A DNA stretch of 63,967 nucleotides, filler included, from Octopus bimaculoides (GCF_001194135.2; 7 parts of 7 records of this genome joined end to end with filler, not necessarily neighbours in it); one strand, 5' to 3'. Shown: positions 14,996 through 29,073, numbered from the whole stretch's first letter. Made by a program: numbers and translations. The notes: generated by a model from the sequence alone, not told the origin.

Positions 14996-15095
14996 CACAA
15001 TACTTAAAATCTGCAATAACAGAGATGGGTTTTCGTTTTTTAAAATGCATTTCCAGAAATTTTCTGTTGCTGCTGTTGCTACTACTATTAGTACT

Positions 15096-15163
<68 letters not shown>

Positions 15164-15612
15164 GATAATAATAATAATTCTAATAATAATAATAATAATA
15201 ACAACAACAACAAAAATCAGGAGGAGGGGAGGAAGAGCAACAGAAGAAATATAGGAGGAGGAGGAGGAGAAGACGAAGGATGAGGAGAGGAAGGATGAGG
15301 AGAAGAAGGAGGAGGAGGAATAGGGAGAAGGATGGGTAGGGAGAGGGAGGAGTAGGGAGAAGGAGGAGTAGGGAGAAGGAAGAGAGGAGGAGGAATAGGG
15401 AGAAGGAGGAGAGGAGGAGGAATAGGGAGAAGGAGGATAGGAGGAGGAAATAAAGAGGGGAGGAGGAGAAGAAGAAGAAGAAGAAGAAGAAGAAGAAGAA
15501 GAAGAAGAAGAAGAAGAAGAAGAAGAAGAACAAGAACAAGAACAAGAACAAGAACAAGAACAAGAAGTACAAGAACAAGAACAAGATGAACAAGAACAAG
15601 AACAAGAACAAG
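14946..15612. repeat. Compound microsatellite block: (TAA)n, (CAA)n, GGA-rich, (GAA)n, (CAAGAA)n
   Basis: Directly visible. Confidence 0.95.
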
Positions 15613-16293
15613 GCTGCTACTTGTCCTCATTGTAGCATACATAAGGATATTAATTCCCGAGCAGAGAAGCAGGTTCCGTTTCGCCCAGGGACAACGGTAG
15701 TGCTCTTCTTTGAGAGATATGGGTATATACATAAGCAATAAGAGCCAGCCGAACTAACATCATTATAAATATCTCGGGTGCATATATAGTGTGGAAATGT
15801 ATCTCTCTTGCACAACTGATAATATTTCAGTTAATGAGGCTTATTCAAAAAGAAGCAAAGACAATACATAAACGACCAAATAGCCTGAAATAACGTGGAG
15901 ATAGAGTGCGGGAACGGAATAGTCTGTGTCATTACGGGAACATTATAATCCGTCAAGCAAAATACGAAAAATAAAATTGAAAATCTTCTTGGGAAACCTT
16001 CTATAAGCAAAAACACAAGGAGATAGCGCTCTTAGGAAGTGCCCATATAATGCATAAAATGATATTTATAAAGTAAGGATGATACGAATGGATAATAGCT
16101 AAATCTGTTCTACTTTAGACTTAGAACAATTATGTACATATACAAGAATTCGTTATGAGTATCTCGTTAGCAAAGTTTCTGAATCATATATCAGGTGTTA
16201 TGCTTTCGATTAGTCAAAATTGCAACGAAGATAACCATTTATCTAATACATTCTCTTTATTCTCTCTCTTCCCCCCTCACACACACACACACA

Positions 16294-16340
<47 letters not shown>

Positions 16341-16736
16341 ATTCTCCATCTCTACGACTTCTTTTCCCACCCACCTTTAATTCTTAGTATTTCGTTACAT
16401 GCAATCGTTGGTCTTTTCCCCATGCGTGAATCTTCCATCACAGGCACCTAACTATATGAATTGTTGATTTCATCTTTATTTTTTTTTGTTCCTTTTGCGG
16501 TGAATACCGCGGTTGATTAATCGATTTTAGTGTAGATAACGAGATGTGTAAAATAATGTGGATTAAACCCTGTAGCATGCACGGGTGGATAATTGATACG
16601 TTATTTCGAGGCCTCTGCAGGAGAATTTAAAGACGTGCAACTAAGAATAAGTTACACATGCAGTATATGCATGTAGCTGTGTGTCTATGATATATATATA
16701 TGCGTTTTTATGTGCGTGTGAAGAAGAAGGAAGAGA

Positions 16737-16771
<35 letters not shown>

Positions 16772-17437
16772 TGCGTGTGTGTTTGCATACGTTTTTATAG
16801 TAAGACGTATCGAGTATTCACTCATTTTAGCTTCATATATTTAAATTTCGTTGCAAACGGTGATTGTTTCACAAGATGAAATATTTTATTTGTCATTAAA
16901 ATTACTTTTCATATGGACCTGCGGGGCTTTACAGCACTCACTCATGGTTATATCGTTGACAAACGATAATCGTCTGCTACGACAACCGGAGAGGCCGCAT
17001 CACGAGATTTGTTAATCACACTACGTATTTGTGACACCAGTCATACGCGTTCAGGTAGTCCTTGGTTTCTTTCTTTATGGTGCTCTTGGTATATATTTTA
17101 TATCATTTATTGATTATGCGTGATATTGCTTCATTGATATTCTAATTCTATTAACGGTTCTACATCGTTGGGGGTTTGTTGTTTCTGGCAGTGTTGTACA
17201 TACACAGACGTGTATATATATTTTGTCCATATTATATATGTAAGTATAGTAAAGAGACAAAAGTCTGAAGATGATGGTGTTACATAACATCATAAAACGA
17301 TTTACTGTTGAATCGGAACGCCCATTTGGTTAAATGAGTATATGTTCAAATATTCATCATTCTTTCAGCAAGGTATTTCGAATAGAATGCTGAAAGATAT
17401 TACCTGGATTCTCGTAATCCCTAACTATTTCATCACA

Positions 17438-17476
<39 letters not shown>

Positions 17477-19470
17477 NNNNNNNNNNNNNNNNNNNNNNNN
17501 NNNNNNNNNNNNNNNNNNNNNNNNNNNNNNNNNNNNNNNNNNNNNNNNNNNNNNNNNNNNNNNNNNNNNNNNNNNNNNNNNNNNNNNNNNNNNNNNNNNN
17601 NNNNNNNNNNNNNNNNNNNNNNNNNNNNNNNNNNNNNNNNNNNNNNNNNNNNNNNNNNNNNNNNNNNNNNNNNNNNNNNNNNNNNNNNNNNNNNNNNNNN
17701 NNNNNNNNNNNNNNNNNNNNNNNNNNNNNNNNNNNNNNNNNNNNNNNNNNNNNNNNNNNNNNNNNNNNNNNNNNNNNNNNNNNNNNNNNNNNNNNNNNNN
17801 NNNNNNNNNNNNNNNNNNNNNNNNNNNNNNNNNNNNNNNNNNNNNNNNNNNNNNNNNNNNNNNNNNNNNNNNNNNNNNNNNNNNNNNNNNNNNNNNNNNN
17901 NNNNNNNNNNNNNNNNNNNNNNNNNNNNNNNNNNNNNNNNNNNNNNNNNNNNNNNNNNNNNNNNNNNNNNNNNNNNNNNNNNNATACATATATATATATA
18001 TATATACACACATACACACGCACATATTCATACATCCAGGATTGCAATGCTTGATGTAATATACTTGAAACAAAATGATATGGTCACGCCTCACATCTTG
18101 GAAGTCTTTGATTATAGATTTGCTTAATGAAGTCTGATTTCAGGCTAAGCAATCTTCATCATCATATTTCCTATCATGCATTCTGCTAAGGACCATATGT
18201 ATTTAGCCTTAACCAAGTGTACGAGTAATATTCTAATACAATCATTAACAAGCAAATGCCCTCAGAAGACCAACGATGCTAAGTATGCACATACGAATAT
18301 GCGTGAATGTGTGTATTATACATGCGTTTATGTATGTGTGCGTGTGTGTATATGTGTGTGTAATTCCTTTATCTCGTCTCTGTTACCCATAGTATGAATT
18401 ATAATCATGTTGATTAACCTGAAGAATTGATATGCCTGTGTAACTATGCAACACCGGCCAGAAGTTCGCTGTGCCGAATCAATTCATTGAATTACAGTGA
18501 ACGTTTCGTTGCCAAACTTGCACACTTATCATTATTACGTAGAATATAATTTAGTTGGATATCTCATCTCGTTTGGAAAGAGGAAATATTATGTTATATA
18601 GAAGAACAATGTCTTACACAAAGCTATTTGCATCGACGTGGTTATGTAAAGCCACCTTAAGACATAAGTGGTTATCACATAGATTTTACGTATCTTCAAT
18701 CAATTATGTACCTGCATGGATATAACATTGCGTTCATTACAGAATGTATTCTAGCCAGGGTATGAATAACTAGCAAACGCATGGAATAATGAATATTTTA
18801 AATTCTTGGTTTAAAGAACAACACTGACACATGCACAAACACACACTCACACACACACACACACACTCACATGCACACACACTCACATACACACACACAT
18901 ACACACACAGGTACACGCACACAAAACATACACAAAATATATATACACAGAAATAAAACGTGATGCCCCGCATCGTGAATCTAGAGAGAAAAGAAAAGAT
19001 CATAAAAGATATAAAATTGCAATAATGCGCTCACACACACATCTCATATATGTATATGTATGTATACGCATATGTATATATATGTATGTGTATATGTACA
19101 TGTATATATATGCATATATGCATACGTCACTGTGTATGTATGAGTGTGTGTATGCCTTTGCGTGTGTTTGTGTGTGTGTGTGTGTCTGTGTGTGTGTTTG
19201 CGTGCACTTATGTGTGTTTGTGTGTGTTTGTGCGTGTGTATGTTTCTGTGTGTGTGCGTGTTTTTATGTGCGTTTGTGTGCGTGTTCGTGTGTGTATGCT
19301 GTGTGTGTGTGTGTTTATGTGTGTGTTGTGTTTCTGTGTGTGTTGTGTTTCTCTCTCTCTCTCTCTCTCTGTGTGCGTGCGTTTATGTGTGTGCGGGTGT
19401 GTGTGTATTTGTTAAATACATGACATGTGTAGCTGTGACTTCGTAGTTTCAACTTCCTTACCATTTTCAG

Positions 19471-19527
19471 ACTGAGAAAGTCGAGCAAACCGAAGCTTCA
19501 AAGCCAACGTCAGATCATTCTCTGTAA
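19471..19527 (+). CDS. Candidate terminal coding exon of a plus-strand gene
   Basis: Acceptor CTTCCTTACCATTTTCAG, TEKVEQTEASKPTSDHSL-stop, AATAAA at 19549-19554. No upstream partner exon identified. Confidence 0.35.
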   Translation, partial: TEKVEQTEASKPTSDHSL

Positions 19528-19634
19528 AAGTTTGGAAAACATTTTCTTAATAAAAAGATTTGAGAAAACTTTCATCTTAAAGTAAAAATTGCCTTATAAA
19601 GAATTTGACATAAAAGCAGTAGTATGGTCTAGGT

Positions 19635-20310
19635 GGAAGATTGGCTGAATGGTAAGAAGCTTGCCTCCAAACGACATGTTTCCAGCTACAGTCTCACTGC
19701 GTGGCATCTTGGGCAAGTGTCTTTTACTATAGCCACGGGCCGACCAAAGCCTTTTGAATAGATTAGTTGGACGGAAAATGAATGAATCACGTTGTGTATG
19801 TATGTATTATGTATGTATGTATGTATGTATGTATGTATGTATGTATATATATATATATATATATNNNNNNNNNNNNNNNNNNNNNNNNNNNNNNNNNNNN
19901 NNNNNNNNNNNNNNNNNNNNNNNNNNNNNNNNNNNNNNNNNNNNNNNNNNNNNNNNNNNNNNNNNNNNNNNNNNNNNNNNNNNNNNNNNNNNNNNNNNNN
20001 NNNNNNNNNNNNNNNNNNNNNNNNNNNNNNNNNNNNNNNNNNNNNNNNNNNNNNNNNNNNNNNNNNNNNNNNNNNNNNNNNNNNNNNNNNNNNNNNNNNN
20101 NNNNNNNNNNNNNNNNNNNNNNNNNNNNNNNNNNNNNNNNNNNNNNNNNNNNNNNNNNNNNNNNNNNNNNNNNNNNNNNNNNNNNNNNNAATAGAATAAG
20201 TACTAAGCTTATAAAGAGTAAGTCCCGGCAGTCGATTTGTTTGACTGAAGTCGGTGCTCCAGCATGATCGCATTAAAAATGACTGAAACAAGTAAAAGAT
20301 TAAAAGAACA
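19635..20310 (+). mobile_element. SINE family A copy split by a gap at its internal microsatellite
   Basis: 5' half at 19635-19790 and 3' half at 20191-20310 flank an N-run. Confidence 0.8.
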
Positions 20311-21269
20311 AAAGAATATGTGTGTGCGTTCGTGTGTGTTGTGTGGGTAGGTGAGTGCGCCTGTGTGTCTAATGTTCAAATTTAATGACAAAAATAACAA
20401 TACAGAAGGAAATGGGAATTATATTATTACTTATTAGATTGAAGTTTCGGGAAAAAAATTGTAGAGGAATGATTGTAATCAACCGACAATTTCTGACTCC
20501 CAGTATCTTGAATTCCCTTCGTATTCCGTTTTGCTGGTAAATGGTATAAAGTCTCGAACAGGTCAGAAAAATATGGCACAGGAAATAATATGACTTAAAG
20601 ACTAAGTCGTGTCAGCTGAAATGACTAAAATTTACACGTTTTTTTTCTTCTTTTTTTTGCAGAAACAAGTTTCCTGTATGCATGATGACTACGTTTATTC
20701 AAATAACTGTATGATTCATGCATGCATACACATTAGCTTACACTGATGCATACATAAATGTTAATGCGTGTGTGTATCTGTCTGCGTTTGGGCATGTGTG
20801 TGTATCTGTGTGTATGGGCACGTGTGTGTATGTGCGAGTATGTATGCGAAGGTATGTTTGTATATATATGCAATTTATGTGAAGCTGGGCATAGAAATAT
20901 AAAACTGATCTAACATAAAAACTGGGATATAACTCACTAATGTTTACTAGAGCATGTTTATTAAACATTCATAAGTGGATGGTTGACAGTAACTTGGCAA
21001 TTTTGGGCTGTTTTGATTGGTCAGACTATACAGTCTGACGAAGACTAAGAGTTCGAAAGTTAGACAACACTGTCATCTTTCTCTCTCCCTCCCACTGTTT
21101 TTTCTGTACATACATACGTACACCTACATATGCGTATATACCAAGGGATATAGCTAAATCAATTGAGTACTATCACATTAAGTATCTATGCTAGATGGGT
21201 CGAAATGATTATAGTGATCAGTAAAGATTTTCGTATATTCCATCTTCCATCTCTTTCACTGATATTGTA

Positions 21270-21320
<51 letters not shown>

Positions 21321-22895
21321 NNNNNNNNNNNNNNNNNNNNNNNNNNNNNNNNNNNNNNNNNNNNNNNNNNNNNNNNNNNNNNNNNNNNNNNNNNNNNNNN
21401 NNNNNNNNNNNNNNNNNNNNNNNNNNNNNNNNNNNNNNNNNNNNNNNNNNNNNNNNNNNNNNNNNNNNNNNNGTGTACACTCTAGATATACGAATATATT
21501 AATATCCCAATTTCATAATCCATTCAAAAGAATAGATAATATAATTACAAATGTTTAGTGTTAAGAAGCATTCTGTATCTGACATTTCTCTAACAACATT
21601 AGATATACACGTCACGCGTTAAAGAAATTCAAATAAATAAAGATGAATGAATAATGACAGTTCAATATATATTACAAATGTTTCAAAAACATGGTAAATT
21701 ATTTGTATTATGGTAAATAAAATCACCAACCAACCTTCTTTAACTAACTTCTTTACGTTGGCTACTTTTCTACTGATGCAGAAATAAAATCCGAATCGTC
21801 AAGACTGCTTCCCTTTTTATGAAGCTTTAAACTAACACACAGTACCACGTGCTTTTTCTTCTTTTGTTTTATTTTATTGTTCGTCTCCACAATGTATTTT
21901 TCGTGCTTATGTATAAACAGTTACGTTTATACATAGATAAATATTACATTATATTGTGTACAGAAACAGACGAAACGAATCTGTCTAAAGTGTAGCCTAT
22001 GCTACTTTTTAAAATATTCGGACTTGATATATTGGCATCTGCATATATTATACGTAAATATATGTGAGTGTGTATGAATAATCTATATATGCCATTATTT
22101 TGTCTATAGAAAGCATGCTATATACATATACATATATGTGTGTATATATGTATGTGTGAATATATGTAAATACGAATACTATTACTCCATATACATATAT
22201 GGTTAAACATACGTGTACGCGCATGCGTGTGTAACCTATAGTCCATTTCTTTCTTTTTGCCCATATAATATATTTTTTATATCCATTATTTAGAATTTTT
22301 ACCGACTGGAAATATGTGTCACTTCATTAATATCGCTTAATTAAAACCCATTCCTTTCTGATGCCAGTCCTTAGTGATGTGACCTGTAAGTAAATGTATT
22401 CCTGATTGGAGTTCATCCACATATTTCAAATGATTGATCATAATGATTCTAGCTGGTTGAGGGCAATTAGTATCCAATATTTCTTTTACTACAAGGAGCA
22501 TCTCTGTAATTCCACCATTAATTCTAATTCAGCTAAATTGAAAAATCCATCTCCTGTGAGTCGAAAAGCGTTTTTGCTTCTTTACCATTTCCAATATTCC
22601 TCTCCCACTTTCTTATTCATTGTAATCTAATTTGTAATAAGCAGCTTCTTCCATCAAAAGTAACCATCGATCTTGGAATGAAATTCCGACAAGAACTCAA
22701 TAAATAAAGAAGCAAATAAATAAAATCATTAGTAAATCATATTTTATTTAATACTTATAGTTTCTCAGAATAATTTATGTCACATATTGATGGCGGATGC
22801 TAATGAAGTTGATGGCGACGATTAAGGCTAGGCTGATAATTTGTGTTTATTTACTGACAGTGATGGTGATGGAAGTAGTATTCGTGCTAGTTGCA

Positions 22896-22935
<40 letters not shown>

Positions 22936-23105
22936 CGATTGAAGGTGATGAATGTAACAACGATGCTGCTGCTGATAATGATGATTTATCAAATATATTT
23001 GACATCCTTATCCCCACCTCCCTCTTTCACTCTCTGTATCTCTGTCTCTATGTGTGCGTGTGTGTGTGCTTGTGTGTGTGCTTGTGTGTGTGCTTGTGTG
23101 TGTGC

Positions 23106-23144
<39 letters not shown>

Positions 23145-24114
23145 TGTGTATAAATATACACACATAAATAAATGTATGTATATCCTAAGAAAGACAGTGG
23201 AAAATTTAGAGCACATTTATAAAGTGACTTAGCAATGCTATCCATATTTATCTTACATTCTGGCTTTCCATATATTTTTCCCCCTCTACAATGACTTCTA
23301 ATGGTACCAGGATAACCAGAATATAATAGAAGTGATGACAACAACATGATTATTGCTGAAATACTCCTTCTCTGGAGGTGTTTGCAATATTTTATATTGG
23401 AAGTGAAATTATCGTCGATTTTTATTGATGTGTTTATATCAAACCTTTATTTCCTCGAGGAGCATTTATGTGTGCGTCGACACATTCCAGAAGAAGAATT
23501 CAGTCTGGTGACGACTTCCGGTCTGAAAGATCGAATTGCTCTGTACAAGTGACAATAAATAATTGAATGCTTCAATAGTACCCCCATGGCCTTTTTTTAT
23601 ATTAGTTCTTTAATTTGAGTTTTTGTTAACTGAAAAACGAATGTCTGCTGGAGACAGAGAGAAACAGAAAAGTGAGTATATCTAAGAGATTAATAAAGAT
23701 AGAGAGAGAGAGAGTGAGTGAGAGAGAGAGGAAGAGGAGAGTCGGACTGAGAGACAGAGAGAAGGACCGAGCGAGTGAAAGAAAGGACGATATTTATTTC
23801 CTGTGGGAGAGTAACACAATAATCGGAAATGCTGAAATACTGCAATATATTCCAGTTAGAAGCAATTGATCATGAATGAAATATAGATACCACTGCGAGC
23901 TTGTTTCACGGTTTACCAACTAAACAATTTCGGCGATTGACTTTCACGATTCAGTATCGACGGTTGGTCACATGCGAGTGTTGTGTGTGTCTGTGTGTTT
24001 TTGTGTGAGTATGTGTGCGTGTGCGTGTGCGTGTGCGTGTGTGTGTGTGTCTGTGAGTGCGTGTATGTGTGTACATGTGTGTATGTGAAAGATTATTGTC
24101 CTGTCGATAGTTCC

Positions 24115-24410
24115 TAGCTGGCTATATATCGGTTATGACGACGAGGGTTCCAGCTCGTGAAATTAACCTGCGAGTGGCTGAGCTATCCACAAACACGCAT
24201 ATCTTTAACACAAGTCTCAGGGAGATTCAGCATGGCACAGAATGTGATAAATGTGGCTCTTTAAATTGGAAGTACTACTCATATTTGCCGGCTGAGTGAA
24301 CCGCAGCAACACCAAATAAAGTGTCTTGCTCAAGAATACAGCGTGCCGCCGGAAATCGAACTCTCGACTGTGAGCCGAATAACCTAAACATTAAGCAACG
24401 TGCTTTCACT
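24115..24410 (-). mobile_element. SINE family C copy (diverged)
   Basis: Reverse-complement match to the 39355 copy. Confidence 0.75.
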
Positions 24411-24828
24411 TTTTATTTTGAGGCGTTGATAGGCTAAGGATTATAACATCGTGGGTTCAACTATTTGACTGTAAAAGTCAAACAAAGCATATTATTTAAT
24501 GTTAATCCTGTTTACGCAGCAGAGACTGAATAACAGCCATGTATCGGGATAGAAAATATACCCTGTAGTTTGTTCTAGTCAGACTGGATATTGTGATGTG
24601 TGATCTTAACGTGATGTATGTATGTATGTGTGTGTTATGTGTGTATGTGTGCATGTATGGCAGAACATCAGCTGATGCAATAGTTATGGAACAATACGAA
24701 TTAATGTAATATTATGTATTAAGTTATGCAATGGACTCACATTTGGGGATGATCGATGTTTTGATGTCTCCATTCATTTTCCCTTATGAACTGTCACACT
24801 ACAAAAAATTCTGTAATCAGACCTTTCC

Positions 24829-24909
<81 letters not shown>

Positions 24910-24928
24910 ATGTATACAGAGGGGACAT

Positions 24929-25506
24929 GTACAGAACATAAACAACATGGATACGAGAAATAGTAAATACGAAAACATGGAATACGAACTTTTTTGCGAA
25001 CAACGAAAGAAACAAATGTAAAACAAGACAAGTAACATAAAGAACGACCCGTCATCTGTTGTCGGTAATTACGACAATTTCGAGCAATTACGACAAGATG
25101 TGTCTTCGAGAAATAGATGCTCCCACAAAACAAAATGAATTTTGGGATTTGCAGAACGTCAAAGTTGATAACGAACAGAGGACAGTGAAAACAAACTGTA
25201 AGTGCTACTAAGCCATAACGAGGTGAGGTGGTGGACGCTGGAGGATTGTCACAGACTTGTTTTTGTCACCAAATTTGAACACCCGCAAATCTTGAATATT
25301 ATTTTGCGAGAGCAACTGTTTCTTGAAGACACATCTTGTAGTATTGGCTCTAAATGCGGATTAGATAAAACAACCAACTGATGAAGGTCGTCCTTTATGT
25401 TACTTGTCTTGATTTCTACTTGCTTCTTTCGTTGTTCGCAAAAAAGTTCGTATTCCATGTTTTCGTATTTACTATTTCTCGTATCCATGCTGTCTATGTT
25501 CTGTAC
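24929..25506. repeat. Long inverted-repeat pair (~210-bp arms), with a third dispersed copy at ~4490-4650
   Basis: 24929-25011 and 25424-25506 are reverse complements with 2 mismatches. The inner parts of the arms are clearly homologous but more diverged. Confidence 0.85.
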
Positions 25507-25819
25507 CGATATGTATATACAAATATATGTAAGTATGTGCATATATGTATGTATATATGTATACATATATATGTATATGTATATATATANNNNNNNNNNN
25601 NNNNNNNNNNNNNNNNNNNNNNNNNNNNNNNNNTTAATTAATTAANNNNNNNNNNNNNNNNNNNNNNNNNNNNNNNNNNNNNNNNNNNNAGACAAATCAT
25701 TTATGCACATCGCGGTCGATTTATTCAATCAAAATCTTCCTAGTCCGACACAAATTTATTGTTTGTAGCAGTAGTTACAACATTGATAGCAGTTATTTAA
25801 AATTTTTTAAATTTAAAAG

Positions 25820-26118
25820 TGTGGCTTTGTGGTTTCAGTGCTCGACTTACGAATGTGTGTTCGACTCCCGGCGGCGCGTTGTGTTCTTGAGCAAGACACT
25901 TTATTTCACATTGCTCCAATCCACTCAGCTAGCAAAAATGAGTTGTACCTCTATTTCAAAGGGCCAGCCTTGTCCCACGCTGAATTTCCTTGAGAGCTAC
26001 ATCAAGGATACGCGTGTCCGTGGAGTGCTCAGCCACTTGCAGGTTAATTTTACAGGCTAGTTGTCCCATAGAACGTATTAAGTGGAACATTCGTCGTCGT
26101 AACCGACGGAGTGCCAAC
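25820..26118 (+). mobile_element. SINE family C copy
   Basis: Matches the 39355 copy. Confidence 0.85.
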
Positions 26119-26226
26119 TAAAATAAAATTTTCGCATTTCAATAAACTACACTAAAATGAAGTAACGTAAAGTTGTTCAGCCACGAAAATCAAGTCTGTT
26201 GTACATATTTAGAATTAATACAACGT

Positions 26227-26435
26227 AAGGCTGTCAGTTGGCGGAATCGTTAACACACCGGGTAATATGCTCAGCGGACTTTCGTCCGTTCAGAGTTCAA
26301 ATTTCGTCAGCGGTTAATTTTGCCTTTTATCGTTTCAGTGTCGATAAAATAAGTACCATTTGAGTGCTGAGCTCAATGTAATCGATTTGCCCTCTCCCCG
26401 AAATTGCTGGCGTCGTGCCAAAATTTGAAACCAAT
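26227..26435 (+). mobile_element. SINE family B copy
   Basis: GAGTTCAAATTTCG B-box and GTCGATAAAATAAGTACC body. Confidence 0.8.
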
Positions 26436-26438
26436 ATA

Positions 26439-26780
26439 TATTGGGTTGGCAACTAAGTTCTCGCCGATTTTTTAAATTTTGGAATTTATGGCATTTTTAA
26501 ATTTTGGAATCTATTTTTTTCAAGAATTCTATTATTGAATCATTTTGGAATCTATTTTGTTTTTTTTTTCTAGTTAATTTTAGTTAATTTTTGTTTATTT
26601 TCAGATCATTAAAAACCGATTCGATTGAAATTTCAGACATGCATTTGGTATGTTCCGAGGCATGTGTTAGTCATAACAACTGCTTCAATCAATGTTCGGT
26701 TTTCGCAAAAATTCGATCGATAATTATCGATTTTTTAAAAAGATCATCCGATTTTGATCAAACTTGACATACCTATGCAN
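26439..26780. mobile_element. Probable mariner terminus, interrupted by a gap
   Basis: TATATTGGGTTGGCAACTAAGT resembles mariner TIRs and the 11181 TIR. No convincing transposase motif or second TIR found. Confidence 0.4.
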
Positions 26781-27614
26781 NNNNNNNNNNNNNNNNNNNN
26801 NNNNNNNNNNNNNNNNNNNNNNNNNNNNNNNNNNNNNNNNNNNNNNNNNNNNNNNNNNNNNNNNNNNNNNNNNNNNNNNNNNNNNNNNNNNNNNNNNNNN
26901 NNNNNNNNNNNNNNNNNNNNNNNNNNNNNNNNNNNNNNNNNNNNNNNNNNNNNNNNNNNNNNNNNNNNNNNNNNNNNNNNNNNNNNNNNNNNNNNNNNNN
27001 NNNNNNNNNNNNNNNNNNNNNNNNNNNNNNNNNNNNNNNNNNNNNNNNNNNAAACCAAACTCGGTAAACGAATGCATTTTCACCCAACGAGTCTTATGCC
27101 ATGGTTCATTTCATTAAATTGCGCTTTGTTTGAGCACAATTCGACAAACTCACATTCGAACAAAATTCCTTTGTTGAGGTAGCTCCTGATTTGTTTTTCT
27201 CAGAACACTGACCCCATTCCTTCTCCGATGCATAAACAATTAATCTCCACCATGGTGTGCACACACATTGTGACCCCACGTGACCTCAAAATAGCCACTG
27301 CCAATAACAGTAAACATCCGGCAGTGAGGCTTTCCATTGCAATAAATGAAAGCGATTTCTATGTGTAGCATGAGATAGTTAAAACAATAACAGCCTCTGC
27401 ACTGCACAAGCTACTAGTAAGTACTTACTACTCCCTTCATCCATTTCACTAGCAGAAGTAACCGGCGTTGCACGGGTCTTAAATTACTATGAAACTGCAG
27501 AAACGTGAGGCCTTACACTTGAGAAAAGACGATTTGTAGGTTATCAGACAAGGAATGCTGCTGAAGGAGCTGCCTTCCAAGTTTTATGATGCTATCTGCC
27601 TCATGTTTACACAC

Positions 27615-28975
27615 TTAGTCGAGGGATGTACTTCGACACTTGGTGGATAAAAGATGTTGCCGAAAGAATATGATACGACATTCAAAGGTATTTTGGATCG
27701 ATGTTAAGCCTTGTTTACGTTTTAGGTCTACGCCACTGTTTATGTGGAAATTATGTGTGCTTATTAGTATTTTCGGGTTTTCACATCCAGCGTCCAATCA
27801 AGTAGCCCAAATGTTGGTATGAGTGTTGGCACTGCAAACACATTGTGGGCCACTGTTTTATTGAATGCAGACAACTCTGAGGTCCAAATTTTCTTTATTC
27901 GGCTGTAATATTCTTTAGTGACACGTCTTTTGTTACAGATGCCATTGTAAGATATGTTTTCATCCACCCCTAGATACTTGTAACATTCCTCGTCAGGTAT
28001 AGGGGAAATAGTCAAGTCATTGATGGAAATATTGCTAGTCTGGTTTATAGTTTTATCCCTTTTTGCAACCATATAACAACATTTATCCTGACCAAACTCC
28101 AATTCTACATCCTTTGAGAATGTTGCAACTAAGTCAAGGCTCTTTTCCATCTCGTGCATATTCTTTGCATAGAGCTTCAAGTCATCCACAAAGAAGCAGT
28201 GTGTAATTTTGGTATTTCTGTTTCCAGTGAGACATCCTTCAAACTTCCTGAACATGAAAGACAAGGGGTTTACAGAAAGTATAAACAACATCACAGAGAG
28301 GCTGTCTCCTTGGAATATGCTTTTGCGATACTGTATTCTATCAGTGATAATACAGTAACTCTTCGTGTTTAATTTCAAGATGGTGGCCCACGATGGAATC
28401 AGGCCAGCTATGGCTTTGGCTATTCTCACTGGAACTTTAGCAAGTTGAAGGGCATCTAGCATCCATGAGTGGGGAACAGAGTCAAAAGCTTTTTTGTAGT
28501 CTAGCCACATTGAAACTAGTTCCTACTATGAACTCGCACCTCTGACATCACAGTTTTGTTGATTAACAACTGTTTTGCTTATCCCCAGACTCCTTTCTTC
28601 TCAGTTGCTTGTTCTGCTGTGATGCTGTTATTGGTTTCACAATGGTCCTGGAGGAAGAGGTTTAAGCAAGCTGTATATATTTCATACATTAAGTTCTGGC
28701 ATGCAATTGACCGGTAGTTTTTTTTTGCCATGTGGGTGGTTCTGCATTTGGGGATCAGTTTTGTCTCTGCCAGAGCTAGCCAGTGTTGTATGCTACTGTT
28801 CCCATTGAGAGCTTTCTGGTACAGATTGATCAGATATGGCCGGTAGAAGGTTAGCTTCTTGCACCAATATCCAACAATCAAGTCTCTTCCAGGTGCTTTT
28901 CCATCCTGGAGTTTCAGGATCACAGTTGCAAGAGTATCACCATCAATGTTGTATGTCTTGGATGTAACGCAGGAG
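27615..28975 (-). mobile_element. Decayed R4/Dong-clade non-LTR retrotransposon, RT region
   Basis: KAPGRDLI, KNYRSIACQN, WLDYKKAFDSVPHSW, FQGDSLSVMLF, FVDDLKLY, FGQDKC, YKYLGVDE, then frameshifted KILISTHNFHINSGVDLKRKQGL, typical of R4-clade RT and post-RT segments. Confidence 0.85.
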
Positions 28976-28984
28976 CAATAACTG

Positions 28985-29073
28985 ACAAAGAATAAGTCCT
29001 GGGGGCGATTTGTTCGACTAAAGGTGGTGCTCCAGCATGGCCGCAGTCAAATGACTGAAAAAAAAAAAAAAAA
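28985..29073 (+). mobile_element. SINE family A 3' fragment
   Basis: GAATAAGTCCTGGGG...GCTCCAGCATGGCCGCAGTCAAATGACTG followed by an A-run. Confidence 0.8.

Noticed and set aside
22330-22700. Coding-looking minus-strand stretch (...KEILDTNCPQPARIIMINHLKYVDELQSG...)
   Set aside because: Conflicting splice signals on both strands, stops in all longer frames, and no recognisable motif.
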